Positions 25,178-38,000 of a stretch of DNA of 64,000 nucleotides are shown piece after piece; position 1 is the first letter of the stretch; each line of letters opens with the position of its first letter. The DNA is from Takakia lepidozioides (Eukaryota > Plantae > Bryophyta), in assembly GCA_030704615.1 (NCBI GenBank), contig CM060733.1, forward strand, positions 37,510,001 to 37,574,000, written 5' to 3'. The position numbers and the translations under genes were made by a program. The notes under the pieces are model-generated. The model was not told the origin of the DNA. It worked only from the letters and a program-made list of their open reading frames with translations, and searched no databases.

Positions 25178-25669
25178 AATTGAAAAAAGACTGAGCCTAA
25201 CTAAACCCTACAAGTGCACATTCAGATTGAGCGATGGAGGAGGCTGTAGATATAAGCACATGACAACAAACGGGCTAACGGCTTCGTGCTAACTACAAAT
25301 GCATATGATGGGCTGGGCTACTGCTCACAACCTTCAAGACATCCTACCTAAAAGCACTATAGCTTGTACCTAGAAGTAGGGTCTGCTAGGTCACCCCGTA
25401 GTGATTCAATCCACTCTGAATATTACTAAGAAAGTGGTTTGTAGATGACAAGAGACAATTTTTTCCATTTTCTGCACTGTCAGAGTCATACTCACTCTTT
25501 TTGTAGTTCTAGAGTAGAAATATGAGGTGTGAAACAACCACTCAGAAGGTGGTACTTTACAACTCTATGAGTAGAGACATACAGTAGATTGTTGAAATTC
25601 TTGCTCTTTAGGGACTTGGTATATTAATCTTGATTTTCCCCTCATACCAGGAAAGGAATTCCTTAGCAT

Positions 25670-26256
25670 CATGGAGCCTGACAGAGCAGCTGCCGTGTTG
25701 AGATTACAATAGCGCGACGATGCTCTTTTTCTGCGTGAGGTTGCGCGGTGTCGAGAGTATGGTCTCAACAAGTTAAGATGCCTTTGCAATCACTGTAAGG
25801 GTGGACGACCGGTCTCTATAGAGACAGTGAGAAAATATCTAATGGCCAATCATAAATCCCCCTGTTCACATCCTGGAGAGGAGCAAGGAGGCATGCTTCT
25901 GACGATGAATGGGAAGACATGGTTGTGGTGGTTGGTGAGGACGTAGCTTTAGCAAATCATCCGACACACGGAGAATTGGACAGAAATGTTGAGGTACATC
26001 GCATGATCCAAGAGACCTTTCAGATCATAGACACACCTGAAACTGGAAATGGGGCAGAAGTGGAATTAGATGACCTAGATGTTCCCGGTGACACAAACAT
26101 CCCACCAGAAGCCCATGACCCGGTTGCGGGTGGGGACTCTCACACTGATGATCCCATCACATTGGAAGAGGCATGTCTACCTTTATATGAAGGCTGTAAA
26201 TCCTCTAAGCTTGCATCCACCATGCTTATAATGAATCTATGCGCAACACATGGGGT
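25670..26256 (+). pseudogene. CACTA-2 TnpD N-terminal part, cut by the MULE-2 insertion
   Basis: LRCLCNHCKG (transposase-associated C-x-C-x2-C); PLYEGCKSSKLASTMLIMNLCATHGV aligns with CACTA-1 PLYNGSVHSRLTAILMLLNSCATHR. Confidence 0.85.
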
Positions 26257-27194
26257 GGGGGCTGCTATTTCATGAGCGGCATGAGCATGAGCGGGAAAAA
26301 AAAAAGCATGAGCGGGCCATTGTCTGTCCACGGAAATAGGGTTAAGAGGCACGGAAATAGGGTCATGTGGACTCGTCATAGCAATGAAATGCAACATTTT
26401 ATTGCAAATTTTGTGGCAAGCCACGTCTATACAAGTGTGTCCTAACTGTCATAGCAGGAATGGGAACTACTCTCCTACACCTTCCGAGGAACTTGGCCCT
26501 CTTTCTTCCTCATCCCCCTCATCCCCCCCATCCTTCGAGCTCTGTGATGCATCGGTTGCAGTATGCCTCTCAAAAATGCCGTCCTCTCCTTGGGGGACTG
26601 TCCACCTCACCTCCTGGGAATCTTTTGCTTCTTCTCCCCCACTTTCCTCAGTAGAATCCAAGACAAATCTACGAGCCCGACGGGCTCTAATAGCTACTGC
26701 CTCCTCCCTCATCTTCATTTTCTTGAGGCTTGCCTCGTCTAAAATCTATTGTACACGACTAGGTTCGGAACACCTCCTAATTGACACCGAAGCAAGCCGG
26801 GCAGCATAAGTAGGAAGGATGTAGTCCCTTTCTGGACTAGGCATGAAATCCCCCCTGGCAAAAAAAGGCACGTTCCTCCTGCCCATGAACTCCGGTGTAG
26901 ACGTCCCTCCTGCCGTACTTGGCATCCTACAGTAAGAACAAATCCACTTCAAGAATGTCAATACCAGCAGAAGCAGAAAGGGTTTTCAATGAAATAAGAG
27001 AGCGAAGGGAGGTGCCTCACAAAATCTGGAGGCAACTTACAATGCGACCACTCACTCGTACACCGGGGGCTCCTCGGCCTCGATCCCAACTTGTTCCTCC
27101 CCCTGCTCCTTCTCGGATTTTTCCTCATCCTCCGAGGACGCCTCTTCCTCTTTTGGCAGACGTTCAGCCGCTGCAAGTTCCGAGTTGTGGAGGG

Positions 27195-27976
27195 CAGTAT
27201 CTGGTTCGAAGGCGAACACATGCCTGTCGAACAACGTCCATGCCCACATTGAAGCACCTGAGGAACAAAGCGGGCGGTTAATAGCTTGCGGCATGCAATT
27301 GCAATCGGGCCAGGGGACAACACGTGAAGGCTTACCCGTGCCGCATGTGAGGTCCAGAATCCGCCCTTGGACATCCGAGCACGTCTCCATGAGGGTTTGG
27401 ATGAAAGCAGGGCTCCGGGTCCGGCTGTACCGCCACGGTTTGCCTGTCTTTGTGTCCTTCGGCATACTGGAGTGGGGCACATAGTTGTAGAGGACATCGT
27501 AGGTAACAGGGTCCACAACGGCATCAACAAGACGACCGTCGTTGCGGAATTTGAACGTAGACCCTCTCTTCACAAAGCAATATGCCTCAAACACCAATGT
27601 TTGCACATCCAACAAAAGAGGGATCAACTCCGGGATCTAGTTTAGATACACCACAATATGAGGTGAATGCAATAGATTGATAACTTACACTTTGGCCCTC
27701 TGTTCGCAACCCCTGTGTATTGATGCAAAACCATTTTCTGAGGAGGACCGGGGTGACACTTTTTGGTGTCCATCTTGCCACCGCATTCTATGTGGTCTTC
27801 CCTCTTGTGGCAAGGACAACCACACATCCACCGTCATCCAGGAGCATCCCCGCCAGCCCAAACCCGGCTTTCCAGTAGTCCTCAGTAAACCTGTTCCAGG
27901 TGGGCACACCATCCAGGCCCTCCAGCAGCTCCCCATCTGGAATGTCGAGGAGAATCATATCGCAAGCTCTCTCCAC
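27195..27976 (-). pseudogene. N6-adenine/N4-cytosine DNA methyltransferase domain (N6_N4_Mtase-like, beta permutation)
   Basis: Motif IV-like CDMILLDIPDG, then LLDDGGCVVV, motif X-like RSPAFIQTLMETCS, and after splicing motif I/II-like GRILDLTCGTGASMWAWTLFDRHVFAFEPD (compare VLDPFxGSGTTxxAAxxLGRxFIGxExD). Confidence 0.75.
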
Positions 27977-28844
27977 CTCACCCCCCCCCCCCCCCCCCCC
28001 GAGTGCTTTTGCAATCTGTGCTCACAGCCGTGAAGAATTCCATCATGGCTTCAAAACTAGGGGTGTCTTTAGGCTCTGTACCGGCAGCCCTCTTCTTGGC
28101 TTTCCCCTTCTGCTCCGCCAGAGACTTGCTGTGTGCCACCTTCTTTGCCCTGGCAGCGAGAGCGTCAAGGAAGCTCTCATTGACGCATTGGATGATGGTT
28201 GGAGGTTCTAGCTTTGGCCTGTGCGTAAACGTCACCGCCAAATACCGCCGTGTAGGCTCGCCCTCAAATGCCAACTTCTTGGCAGAGCCAGTCCCACTCC
28301 GAACTGACTTGGGAACCCGGACGACCGGTGACTTGGTAGCAGCAACAGCAGTCGCAGGACCTTGAACGTCCGAGTCACTCCCTTGGGTCCCCTCCTACGC
28401 CTCCTCCGATGCCCCGATGGTTTTCTGTTTTTTGGGTGTTACTGTACTCACATGTTTCCTTGTCCTTTTCCTTTGGCCTTTATTCTTCTCATTCAATTTC
28501 TCCTGAATTCTTGCCTGAGCAAGCTCTGCCGCTTTCCTGGAGTTCGCAAGCGTTTTTGCCTCTTTTGCACCCAGCGGAGGTAGCGGAGCCCGGTTTCGTC
28601 GGGCCTCAACATCCAGCTTCAATTGAAACTCGGATGGGTCGAGCGAGCCGGGCGGAACGTCCACATACCAAGGGCAATCACGCAAATGTTCCAGATGCCA
28701 CTCCTTCACAATATCGTCAGTGTACATGGAGTCAGCCCCAGGATTCCTCCATGCCAGGAAGAATGGTGGCTCGAAAGACAGATGACCTTTCTCCAAAAAG
28801 GAGAACTTGCAGTACCTGCATTCATGAAAAACACAATGAGGTCC

Positions 28845-29735
28845 CTGAACTGCAAATTCGGCACCATTTTCCCAGGTTGGGGCGGATCTGACTGGGCCTA
28901 GAAATGGAAAAATGGCGCCGAATTTCGGTTTTCGGTGACTGCCACCCTAGGGACTTAGCCATCTTGGGAGCCCGGAACTGGAAATTCGGCGCCATTTTTC
29001 CCGGTTTGGCCCGAAAATGGCTAAGTTCCAAAACTGCCAGGGCCTAAAACTCGAAAAATGGTGCCGAATTTCGGTTTTTTGTGTCAGCCACCCTAGGGAC
29101 TTAGCCATTTTTGGAGCCCTGAACTGGAAATCCGGTGCCATTTTCCCTGGTCCGGCCCGAAAAATGGCTAAGTCCCAGAACGGTAATAGGGCCTAGAACT
29201 GGAAAAATGGCGCCGAATTTCCAGTTTAGGGCCAGCCACCCTAGGGACTTAGCCATTTTCGGAGCCCTGAACTGGAAATTTGGCGCCATTTTCCCTGGTC
29301 CGGCCCGAAAATGGCTAAGTCCCAGAACGGTAATAGGGCCTAGAACTGGAAAAATGGCGCCGAATTTCCAGTTCAGGGCCAGCCACCCTAGGGACTTAGC
29401 CATTTTCGGAGCCTTGAACTGGAAATTCGGCGCCATTTTCCCATTTCCGGCCCGAAAATGGCTGTCCCAGAACGGTAATAGGGCCTAGAACTGAAAAAAT
29501 GGCGCCGAATTTCCAATTCAGGGCCAGGCACCCTAGGGACTTAGCCATTTTCGGAGCCCTGAACTGGAAATTCGGCGCCATTTTCCCATTTCCGGCCCGA
29601 AAATGGCTAAGTCCCAAAACGGTAATATGGCCTTGAACTGGAAAAATGGCGCCGAATTTCCAGTTCAGGGCCAGGCACCCTAGGGACTTAGCCATTTTTG
29701 GAGCCCTGAACTGGAAATTCGGCGCCATTTTCCCA
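28845..29735. repeat. Tandem array of about six ~147-bp units with internal inverted repeats, inside a 1000-nt intron of the cargo gene
   Basis: Unit ctgaactggaaattcggcgccatttt...aaaatggcgccgaatttccagttcagggcc...ctagggacttagccatttt recurs about every 147 bp. Confidence 0.92.
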
Positions 29736-31030
29736 AAGACCAATTTTCATGCGCCACATGAGGCCTCTAACATCCAGAAATGCAAGGACTTGAAAGGAAG
29801 GCATCGTGTATGTACCTGTACAGAAGGCGCATTGCTGCTTTGTCCGCATTCGGCTGGTCGGTGAACTCATGGCTCCGACGGGCATGGGGTATCTCCCGAA
29901 AGAATAGGTCGGTTTTGTAGAGCAGAAAGTACCTCGTCACATGTCGCGTAGGCTCTCTGCTGCAGGAGGAATCTCCATCTTGAACTGATGTGCTTGTGTG
30001 TCCAGCTGCTCTTGCACATTCGTCGTCACCTGTGGAGATTCTCCATCAGATCGCTTTCCTCAAAAAATACAATGAATCCACCCCCTACAAGAGTAGAAGC
30101 GCCAAACGAAGTGTGGGGAAGTACCTGAAACCACCATGTCATGCGGTTCATCCACATGTCGAATGTGGGGTCAGACAGTTTGTCCGGTTTGGGGAAGCTC
30201 CACATGACCCTTGTACTTTGGGAACCATTCCAGATTTGGAGCCACCGGGTCTGTCCAACCACCCAGCATATTCGTAAGCGCCAAACACCACATAAACGAG
30301 TTGTTGCCACCACAATTTGGTTAAGAATGTATCACCTTTTCTGTTGCATCCACACAGGATGTGGCTAGACGATGGAGCTTCTCTAATGTCATTGTGGGCT
30401 TCAGAGCACGGGAGTAGTGCTTCCCCACCTCCACCAGAAAGTCGGCACCAAGGGCGGGATCAGCTATGGCCACGTACTTTACCATCCGTGACTTGTACTT
30501 TATGCGGGCCCTGGCCTCCGCAGCTTTGAGATACAATTCGAGTGCCGGGAGGGTTAGATTCTTCTCCTCTGACTCCATGTAGAACCTCCGTGCATGTGCC
30601 AAATCCTGCTGAATTTTCGTCTGTCAAGAATGCGCACATAAGATTAGAGATCCTGCTCAACACTTTTTCTTCTATTGGGGGAGGAGAGACACATTAGCTC
30701 AACAAAACAGTGAGGAGCTTTACCCAAAATATGTAGTCCACCATGGCGTCCATGCTCAGCCTATACCAGGTTCTGTCTGCCTTTGCCTCCGACTTGCGCA
30801 GGAGGTTGGCACTGAGCGAATTGGCAAACTCTTGCACCCCCTGCTTCCCGACATCCTTCACTCGGAAGAGCATATGGGACAAGTTGGTGGCAATGAAGGC
30901 ATTCTCAGTCACCCTGCAATGTCACATTTCCATCAAACAATACTGAAATGGGAATTTTCAACAAATATGAGGATTCGCAATGAAATGACTTACAATCGGA
31001 TGGGTCCAAAAGCAAGAGGCGTTGTAACTT

Positions 31031-31480
31031 ACGAGTTGATGTCCGCCATTGCAGCTTTGAGAAGACTGCGATCTTTGGGCCCCGCAACCTTCAGCACAAC
31101 ACACTCCACGGCGAAATGCCAATCGAGGTCGTTGGGGTGGGCTTCGGCTATGTGCTCCATCCATGCCAGGAGGCGATGATTGCCGTCCCACACGTAAACA
31201 TCTTTACCGGACAAGTGCTGGAAAAGAGGATCAGTAGCAATTGTTCTCTCGAACTCCTCATTTCGCCTTTGCCAATGGGGACCCCATTTGTCCACCTCAT
31301 CGGAAGTGTGGGCACGAGAAGCTCCATGGTCGTTCTCAATGGAAACGTAAAATGCGGCAGACCCCATTCGATATCCATCCCGGAAAGAGAATTTCAGCTT
31401 GTCGATATTGCCTGGAGGGCAGGTCTCACCACCTGCAATGACACCAAGCGGCAAAGGGGAATCCGAAGCTTGGCGGGTAC
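31031..31480 (-). pseudogene. ParB/Sulfiredoxin-like domain exon
   Basis: RIPLCRLVSLQVVRPALQ / NIDKLKFSFRDGY...FYVS...VYVWDGNHRLLAW...VECVV, matching the ParB N-terminal pattern (R..., L..S...G, Y.v.DG.HR..A); 1-nt frameshift near 31412. Confidence 0.7.
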
Positions 31481-33364
31481 ACCATGCCCCCCAGCACCCT
31501 GCCAATGTTGTTGTGGGTTGCCTCCAACATCTTGGCAGCGGCCAACTTCATATCCGCCTCCGACATGACGTCTACTGCAGAGGGGTTCTCCGGCAGCCCA
31601 CCAGGACCGCCAAATCCAGCCTGTATGCTGCGGGTTTGGGGCCTGGGGATGTCCGGGAGGATGTCATCCTGGTCAGAAAACTCCCTGTCGTCCTCCTCAA
31701 CATGGTCAGCACCGGCGAAACCACCTCGAGCACTCTCCCCGTCTGTACTGCCCTCTCCCCGGCTTCACCTCGAGTTGGCACAATCCGTGCTCTTTCTGGT
31801 GTTCTTTCCTCTCATCCACTCTCCACCGTATGGGTAATTGTAGGGGCTGCTCTTGCCCGCGATGGTCTAACCGTCGTGTTACTGCCTCTTTGTGGTGTCT
31901 TGGGGGATCCACCGTCTCTGTGCGTCCCTCGCTTACATTGGCATTTGTCATTTGGGCACCCCTGGCCTCTTCAGTGGCCTTTCGCCTGTTCTTTTGCCCT
32001 CTCATGGGCTTTCTGTTTCTTACTAGGGCTAGCAGCAGGGGAGCCCTCCAGGACGACCACCTTTGATTGAGGCGAACTGACACCCTCGCGCGCACTGCTC
32101 ACTCCCCCCTCCGCAGCCCGTGACGGCTCTCTCGCCGGGGATTGCATGTGCTTAGCTTTCTTCTTCTTCTTTGCGTGGGCGGGCCCTGCATGTGCATCAA
32201 CAACCTCCATTGCCGATCTGCTGTCCTCACGTCCTCACGCCCTTCAAGTGCCATGCCGCCTGCAACCAACCTCCCCAATGCCCGCTATTATGTCGTACTC
32301 TCGCTGCAGGTCCTCCCGGTCCACCAACAAAAGGTTAGTTTGCCCTTCTCGCCCCAAGTTGGGTGATTCAAACATGCGATGAGTTGGAGCTGTCGATGAT
32401 ACCACCAGCGTGTCGGGCTCGTCGTCACCTGTCATTCTTCCCCAAATTAGTGAGAACCAACATCGGTGCCAAAACCAGCATCGCAACGAGCAGCGCAACC
32501 ACCATAGCAACAATTGTGGAAAACAATGAAAACAAAACAAGGTTTAGGAAGTATGGAGTGCCATGGAACAACAATGAAAACAAATCCAACCAATGCCTAA
32601 GAATGAGCCTTCTCCAGAGCTGCCGACTTTGCACACGCATTGCAAACTATGTAAGGTTCACTCAACCGGTAATATGAAACACGATGAACAAATGATCAGA
32701 ATTCCATAAGACGGGAAAACATTGTGAAATTTTTGAAGGCACTTTCATCTGCTCAGACATTCTTCTCAGCTCAACATGGATTCCTTGATTTTTAAACCAC
32801 TAAGACCTTGATCATTCTTCGCAACAGCTCCTGTTTTGCGATGCAACCATACGCTTTCAGCGATGCCAGGATGAAGATGCCAAAAACAAAGCGAAACAAC
32901 AAAGCGAAAGTGAAAGAAAAATTAAAAGCGAAAGCGAACAAAGCGAAAGCAGAAGTGGCTTGCCTGAGAGTACTCGGCTTCAGTTGGCGCGGGTTGTGAG
33001 CAAGACACTGGAATCTCCTGCTGGAGCTTAAGTTTGGCCATGCGAGAGATTGGCCGTCGTCCAAAGTACAAAGCTCTCAACTTCCGCCACGGTCTGGATG
33101 TGGGGTCTCTCTCAGGAGAACCACGCCCTTCAGGCGGCATAAGTCCCAGCCAAAAATAAAAAAGATCTCAGTTTTTTGGGGTACATGCCTCCAATAGAAG
33201 TTAATCCAAGTTTAGCATCAGATTAGGGTACGTATCGAGGAAGCAACCGCGGAATCCCTGTATCGCCAGCCCGAATCAAAACGGACGGCGGTGGACATTT
33301 AATGCCCAACTACGCAATTAAATGTCGGATGAAGCCCTCCCTTTCGGATGAAATATGACGCAAC

Positions 33365-34780
33365 TCGGCCCCGAATTTCCAACGTAGAGGTAATTCAGAG
33401 CGCGGTAGGATGGGAATCCGGCGCCGGATTTCCATCCTGTAGGTAATTCGGAGCGCGGATAAATGGAAATCCGGCACCGGATTTCCGTCCGCCAGGTAGG
33501 GCGGCGCGCAAAATTTCCGTCACGCAGGTAATTTTGTACGCGGATGGATGGAAATCCGGCGCCGGATTTCCATCCGCCAGGTAGGGCGGCGCGCCAAATT
33601 TTCGTCATGCAGGTAATTCAGAGCGCCGCAGGATGGAAATTCGGCGCCGAATTTCCATCCTACAGGTAATTTCAATCGCCGAATTTCCGTCATGCAGGTA
33701 ATTCGGAGCCCGGATGGATGGAAATTCGGCGCCGAATTTCCATCCAGCAGGTAACTCGGATCGCTGGCGGATGGAAATTTGGCGCCGAATTTCCATCCGC
33801 CAGGTAAGTCTAAGCGCAGAATTACCATCCTGCAGGTAATTCTGAGCGTGGCCGCTTGGTTTTCGGAGAAACGCATAAACTGTTAGTTTTGTGGCTGAAG
33901 TCCACTTTTAGACACGTTTTTCATGGACTCCTCGACTGCTAGAGGGAAATCGGAACGGCCCCGGACGGAAATTCGGCGCCGTTTTTCCATCCTGGGAGGT
34001 TTTTATATCGTCCAGTTTTCGGCCTCACCACTCGACCGGACTTCCTTTGATGGGGCTCGGATGGAAATTCGGGGCCGAATTTCCATTCGGGGGATGCTCT
34101 CTGTCGGACAGGTGCCGTCCTCTCCGCCCGAGGCGACTTCATCCGGGCGTCCCCTGTTGGATATTCGGTGCCGAATTTCCGTCCGGGGGTTGAAATGTGA
34201 CGGCCAGGTGCCGGCCTCTCCCCCTCTCCGACTGCATCCGAACGGCCCCGGATGGAAATTCGGCGCTGTTTTTCCATCCGGGGAGGTTTTATGTCGACCA
34301 GTTTTCGGCCTGACCCCCCGACACGACTTCCTTTGGGGGGGCCCGGATGGAAATTCGGCGCCGAATCTCCATCCAGGGGATACTCTCTGTCGGACACGTG
34401 CCGCCTCTCCGCCCGAGGCGACTTCATCCGGGCGTCCCTTTTGGATATTCGGTGCCGAATTTCCGTCCGGGGGTTGAAATGTGACGGCCAGGTGCCAGCC
34501 TCTCCCCCCTCCCCGACTGCCTCTGAACGGCCCTGGATGGAAATTCGACGCCGTTTTTCCATCCGGGGAGGTTTTTATGTCGGCCAGTTTTCGGCCTGAC
34601 CCCCGGACACGACTTCCTTTGGGGGGATCCGGATGGAAATTCGGCGCTGAATTTCCATCCGGGGGATGTTCTCTGTCGGACAGGTGCCGGCCTCTCTGCC
34701 CCAGGCGACTTCATCCGTGCGGCCCCGGTTGGATATTCGTGCCGAATTTCCATTCGGGGGTAGTAATGTGACGGCATGGT
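33365..34780. repeat. Palindrome arrays between the divergent MULE-2 genes (short ~45-60 bp units at 33365-33850; three ~287-bp units at 33950-34780)
   Basis: Perfect 32-bp palindrome aggatggaaattcggcgccgaatttccatcct at 33630-33661 plus about 20 variants. Confidence 0.92.
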
Positions 34781-35057
34781 GCCGGCTTCTCCCCTTCAGC
34801 CGACATCATCCGGACGGCCCCCCACTTTCTGACTGCATACCGTTGGCAGTTATTACGCAAAGACCAGGGGCCGCATTCCGGAGACAAGGTTCATTAACAC
34901 TCTGACTGTGGATTTTTGAGATAGTTGGCTCCCTGGATTTGGATCAGGCTTCGTCGCTCGGACAAATTGGCACCGCATTCCTTCCCATCGCTGCATCCCC
35001 CTTCTACCAGGGAGCTTGCCCGCACGCCATCCTAGCAGTCTTGTGTGAACATCTCCC

Positions 35058-38000
35058 ATGGCGGAAAACCCGAGCGCTACCCGAGTGTACTGCCCTCCTC
35101 ACGAGCATAGAGCTTCATTTCCATGCAGAGGGGACATCTGCCGGGTGATGGAGAAATATCTGTGCGTTCGATACCACCTGAAACCGGGGTCGGGTTTTTT
35201 GGAGGAGGAAAGGAAGGACTCAAACGACGTTGTTGTCGAGAGTATTGTTGTGCTCCACGATGATTTCAGCGATGGCAGGGAATGGTGAGTTCCACCATCG
35301 GACAGCGTCATATACAGGGCTGTTGGGGACTTCATTTGCCCGCCAAATGCACCTTCTATCCTGGCGCCTTCAACGAAACAATCCGCGAATTAGAGAGTGG
35401 GTACCTCAAAGAGAGAAGTCCGCAACGAAGTAATCCAGAGCCGAACCCATCAATGAAGACGAGCGAGAACCGGGTTGTTCACAACCTGTCCGACTCAGAC
35501 GAGATCATGGAAGTTCCGAGATCGTCCTGGAGATCAGGCAAGTCCTCAATGGACGTCAGTGGACGAGGGAGTCATATTCCCAGCACGAGCACTGCATTTC
35601 GATCTATTCTTGAAATCTGCGAGGCTTCACATGGAGGGACACCGCTCGGAGCTGGCCGGGCTGGACTGCAGCAAGTTCGCAATTAAATCGGTTACATGCC
35701 TTCCCGCAGACGTCGACGGTAATATCTTCTTTGAGTTCCCTCCTCGGGCGGACTACTCGAGGGCGTCTGGAATGTTGACAGATATGGATAGAAAACATGA
35801 CGGTCATCCTTGGTGCGTACCAAAACCACCAGCATGAAGATGCTTGATGGTGTGCGGGTGCGCTACGTTGTTTGTGCGGGCGCGTTGCGGTGTTTCTCCC
35901 CCAACTTGCTTCCACTTTAAATCCAGAGGTCACAGGAACGAGACCGATTGGACAGGCACAGCTCATCACCATTTTGAGCTCAGGAGAAGGTTCCAAACTC
36001 CACATTTAAGTGTGCGCATTGCAAAGAACCACCACACTGCATGTCTGTTTGTAATGCCAAGCAGTTCTATGTGTTGCACCGTTTCCCTGACCTCACCCGA
36101 GCTTGCATACACGTTGGTTCCCATTGTCACAAATTGGCAAGGGGGAACTCGCGGGAGGCTGCCCACGAGGCAGAGCAGCTCGTTCAGGAGGAGGTTAAGT
36201 TGAGACCGGGTGCCAAACCCAAATAGATACAGCTCCAAGCCGCCCATAAGATGGCGTTGGCCAGAATTATGTCGGAAGACGGCTCCGACAGAGTTCCTCT
36301 CGATGACAAGGAAATGGAGGCATTGCTGGAGTCGGTGTCCCACGTCTGTTCACCGAATGTCCGAAACCACATTGTGTCATGCAAACAGAAAATTGGGCGT
36401 GGCTCGGATATGCACTCCATTCTGGAGGTGAAGAGACGATGTGGATATGACTACATTCATGGAAGTCGGTTTCCAGGACAAGGGACTGAGGCAGATCGTT
36501 GTTTTGTATTCAAAATGTCGACGTGTGGACCTGGCAGCGGCGTCGAACTGGTCGACAGGATGACGAGTGGGGACTTGTCAAACAGTTGGGTCATGTTCGA
36601 CCATATCAAGCGAATTACAAATCACCAGTGGGTGACAATGGGTGCACATGTCTACGACACCCACTGCAGGATGCTAATGACAATTGCTATTTGTGAGATG
36701 AAAGGAGAGGACACACAATCGGAGATGCTTCTTTGGCAGGGAATAAACGAACAGATGGCCAAGGCGGGATTGCCCCCTCCCAATTTCCGTGGTTTCATGG
36801 CGGACAACGCACAAGCAAATTGGGCTGCCATCCGAAGGGTGTACGGGCAAGACACCAATGTTCCCATGGAAGGCAAGGAGAGATCTTGTGGGTTCCATTT
36901 TCTGCAGAGCCTTTCGCAGTACACAACCAGGCTCGTGGCGCCAGATTTCAGAGAGGAGCACCGTTCCATGTGTCTTGCGTGGAAGCGCGCTCCCACCTTG
37001 GATGATGCAGAGACACAGTTTGCATGTATACGGGCTTGGTGGACATCGTCAGGTGCTGTAAGGAAATTAGACGAGGGAGCAATGGTCAGTTGGCTAGCAT
37101 GGTGGCATTATCGTTTCCTGCAGTTCGGCGACTATATGCGGGAGGTGAGTTGCACGAATTTGCGTCCCGTTGAATATTATTCTTGGCATTATTTGTAACT
37201 TGCTTGTAACCTCAACATGTGCTTGTGCAGGAAATGTGTCTCGACTCTGACACCGACATGCCCATGACAAACATGGCCGAATCAGTGCACTCTTCCTGGC
37301 GTGCCTCCTCTGCGGCGCATCTGGTGGACATCCTCACTGCCACAACGGAGGACATTGTGAGGTCAATTATGCAGCAAAGCAGGTACAACGAGTTCTTGAA
37401 AGGGAAACAGTGGGGCTTGGGGCCGGACACGCAGGAAATGCTGATGCGGACTGCCTCCAGATCAAAGAATCCTTGGAAGTGGGCGGCGGCCTTGCGAGAG
37501 GGCCTTCGGGACACACCATTGCTTCGAAGAGGCCAACATTTGGAAGGAGATGTTCATACCCGTCCAGTGAGACGAAGACTTGACGAGGCACCTGGCGGAG
37601 AAGAGGATTCATGGCAAGCTGACAAGAATATTCGCACACTCCCTCGTGGTCCTGTGATGTTGCCCGAGGAGGTCTCGTTGAGCACCGCAAGTCCTGCACG
37701 TTCAAGATCGCCATCTCCTTTGAGCACAGGGCGCGTGCCCTGGCAACATAACGAGCCATCTGTAATAAAGCAGTACAACATTCCCATTGTGGAGACAAGA
37801 GTGTCGGAGTCACAGTGGAGAATTGCGAGGACATTGCCGGCATTTCGAGGGAAGTGCTGCGCCATCCGGGTGGATACGAGAGCACGCTGTGGTGAGATGA
37901 TTCGGAGGAACCCACACGGTGCTGTACCTGCACCTTGTTTCAGCGGCAGATTTTTGACTCCCACATTTGCTCACGCCACAACGCAGACATTTTGGTTCTG

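Larger units (their letters stand above)
26467..32435 (-). pseudogene. MULE-2 cargo gene: multi-exon ParB/Srx-like + beta-class DNA amino-methyltransferase fusion (disabled)
   Basis: ParB-like and MTase motifs on one strand; frame-consistent GT-AG introns checked at 28816-29815 and 27258-27335; lesions are a frameshift near 31412, stops at 28395 and 27788, and a G20 slip at 27981-28000. Start codon and exon joins in 30000-31030 are uncertain. Confidence 0.7.

Noticed and set aside
28822-29864. Repetitive ORFs (MAPNFQFRA...) and similar ORFs at 33318-34905
   Set aside because: Translations of non-coding tandem palindromic repeats on both strands.
26467-32435. Bacterial or phage contamination explaining the ParB and MTase motifs
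   Set aside because: The gene has frame-consistent spliceosomal introns and lies within a TSD-bounded MULE nested in a plant CACTA.
33365-33850. Palindromic repeats with short spacers resembling a CRISPR array (also 10300-11790)
   Set aside because: Spacers are related to each other or irregular in length, repeats are degenerate, there are no cas genes, and the context is a eukaryotic transposon.
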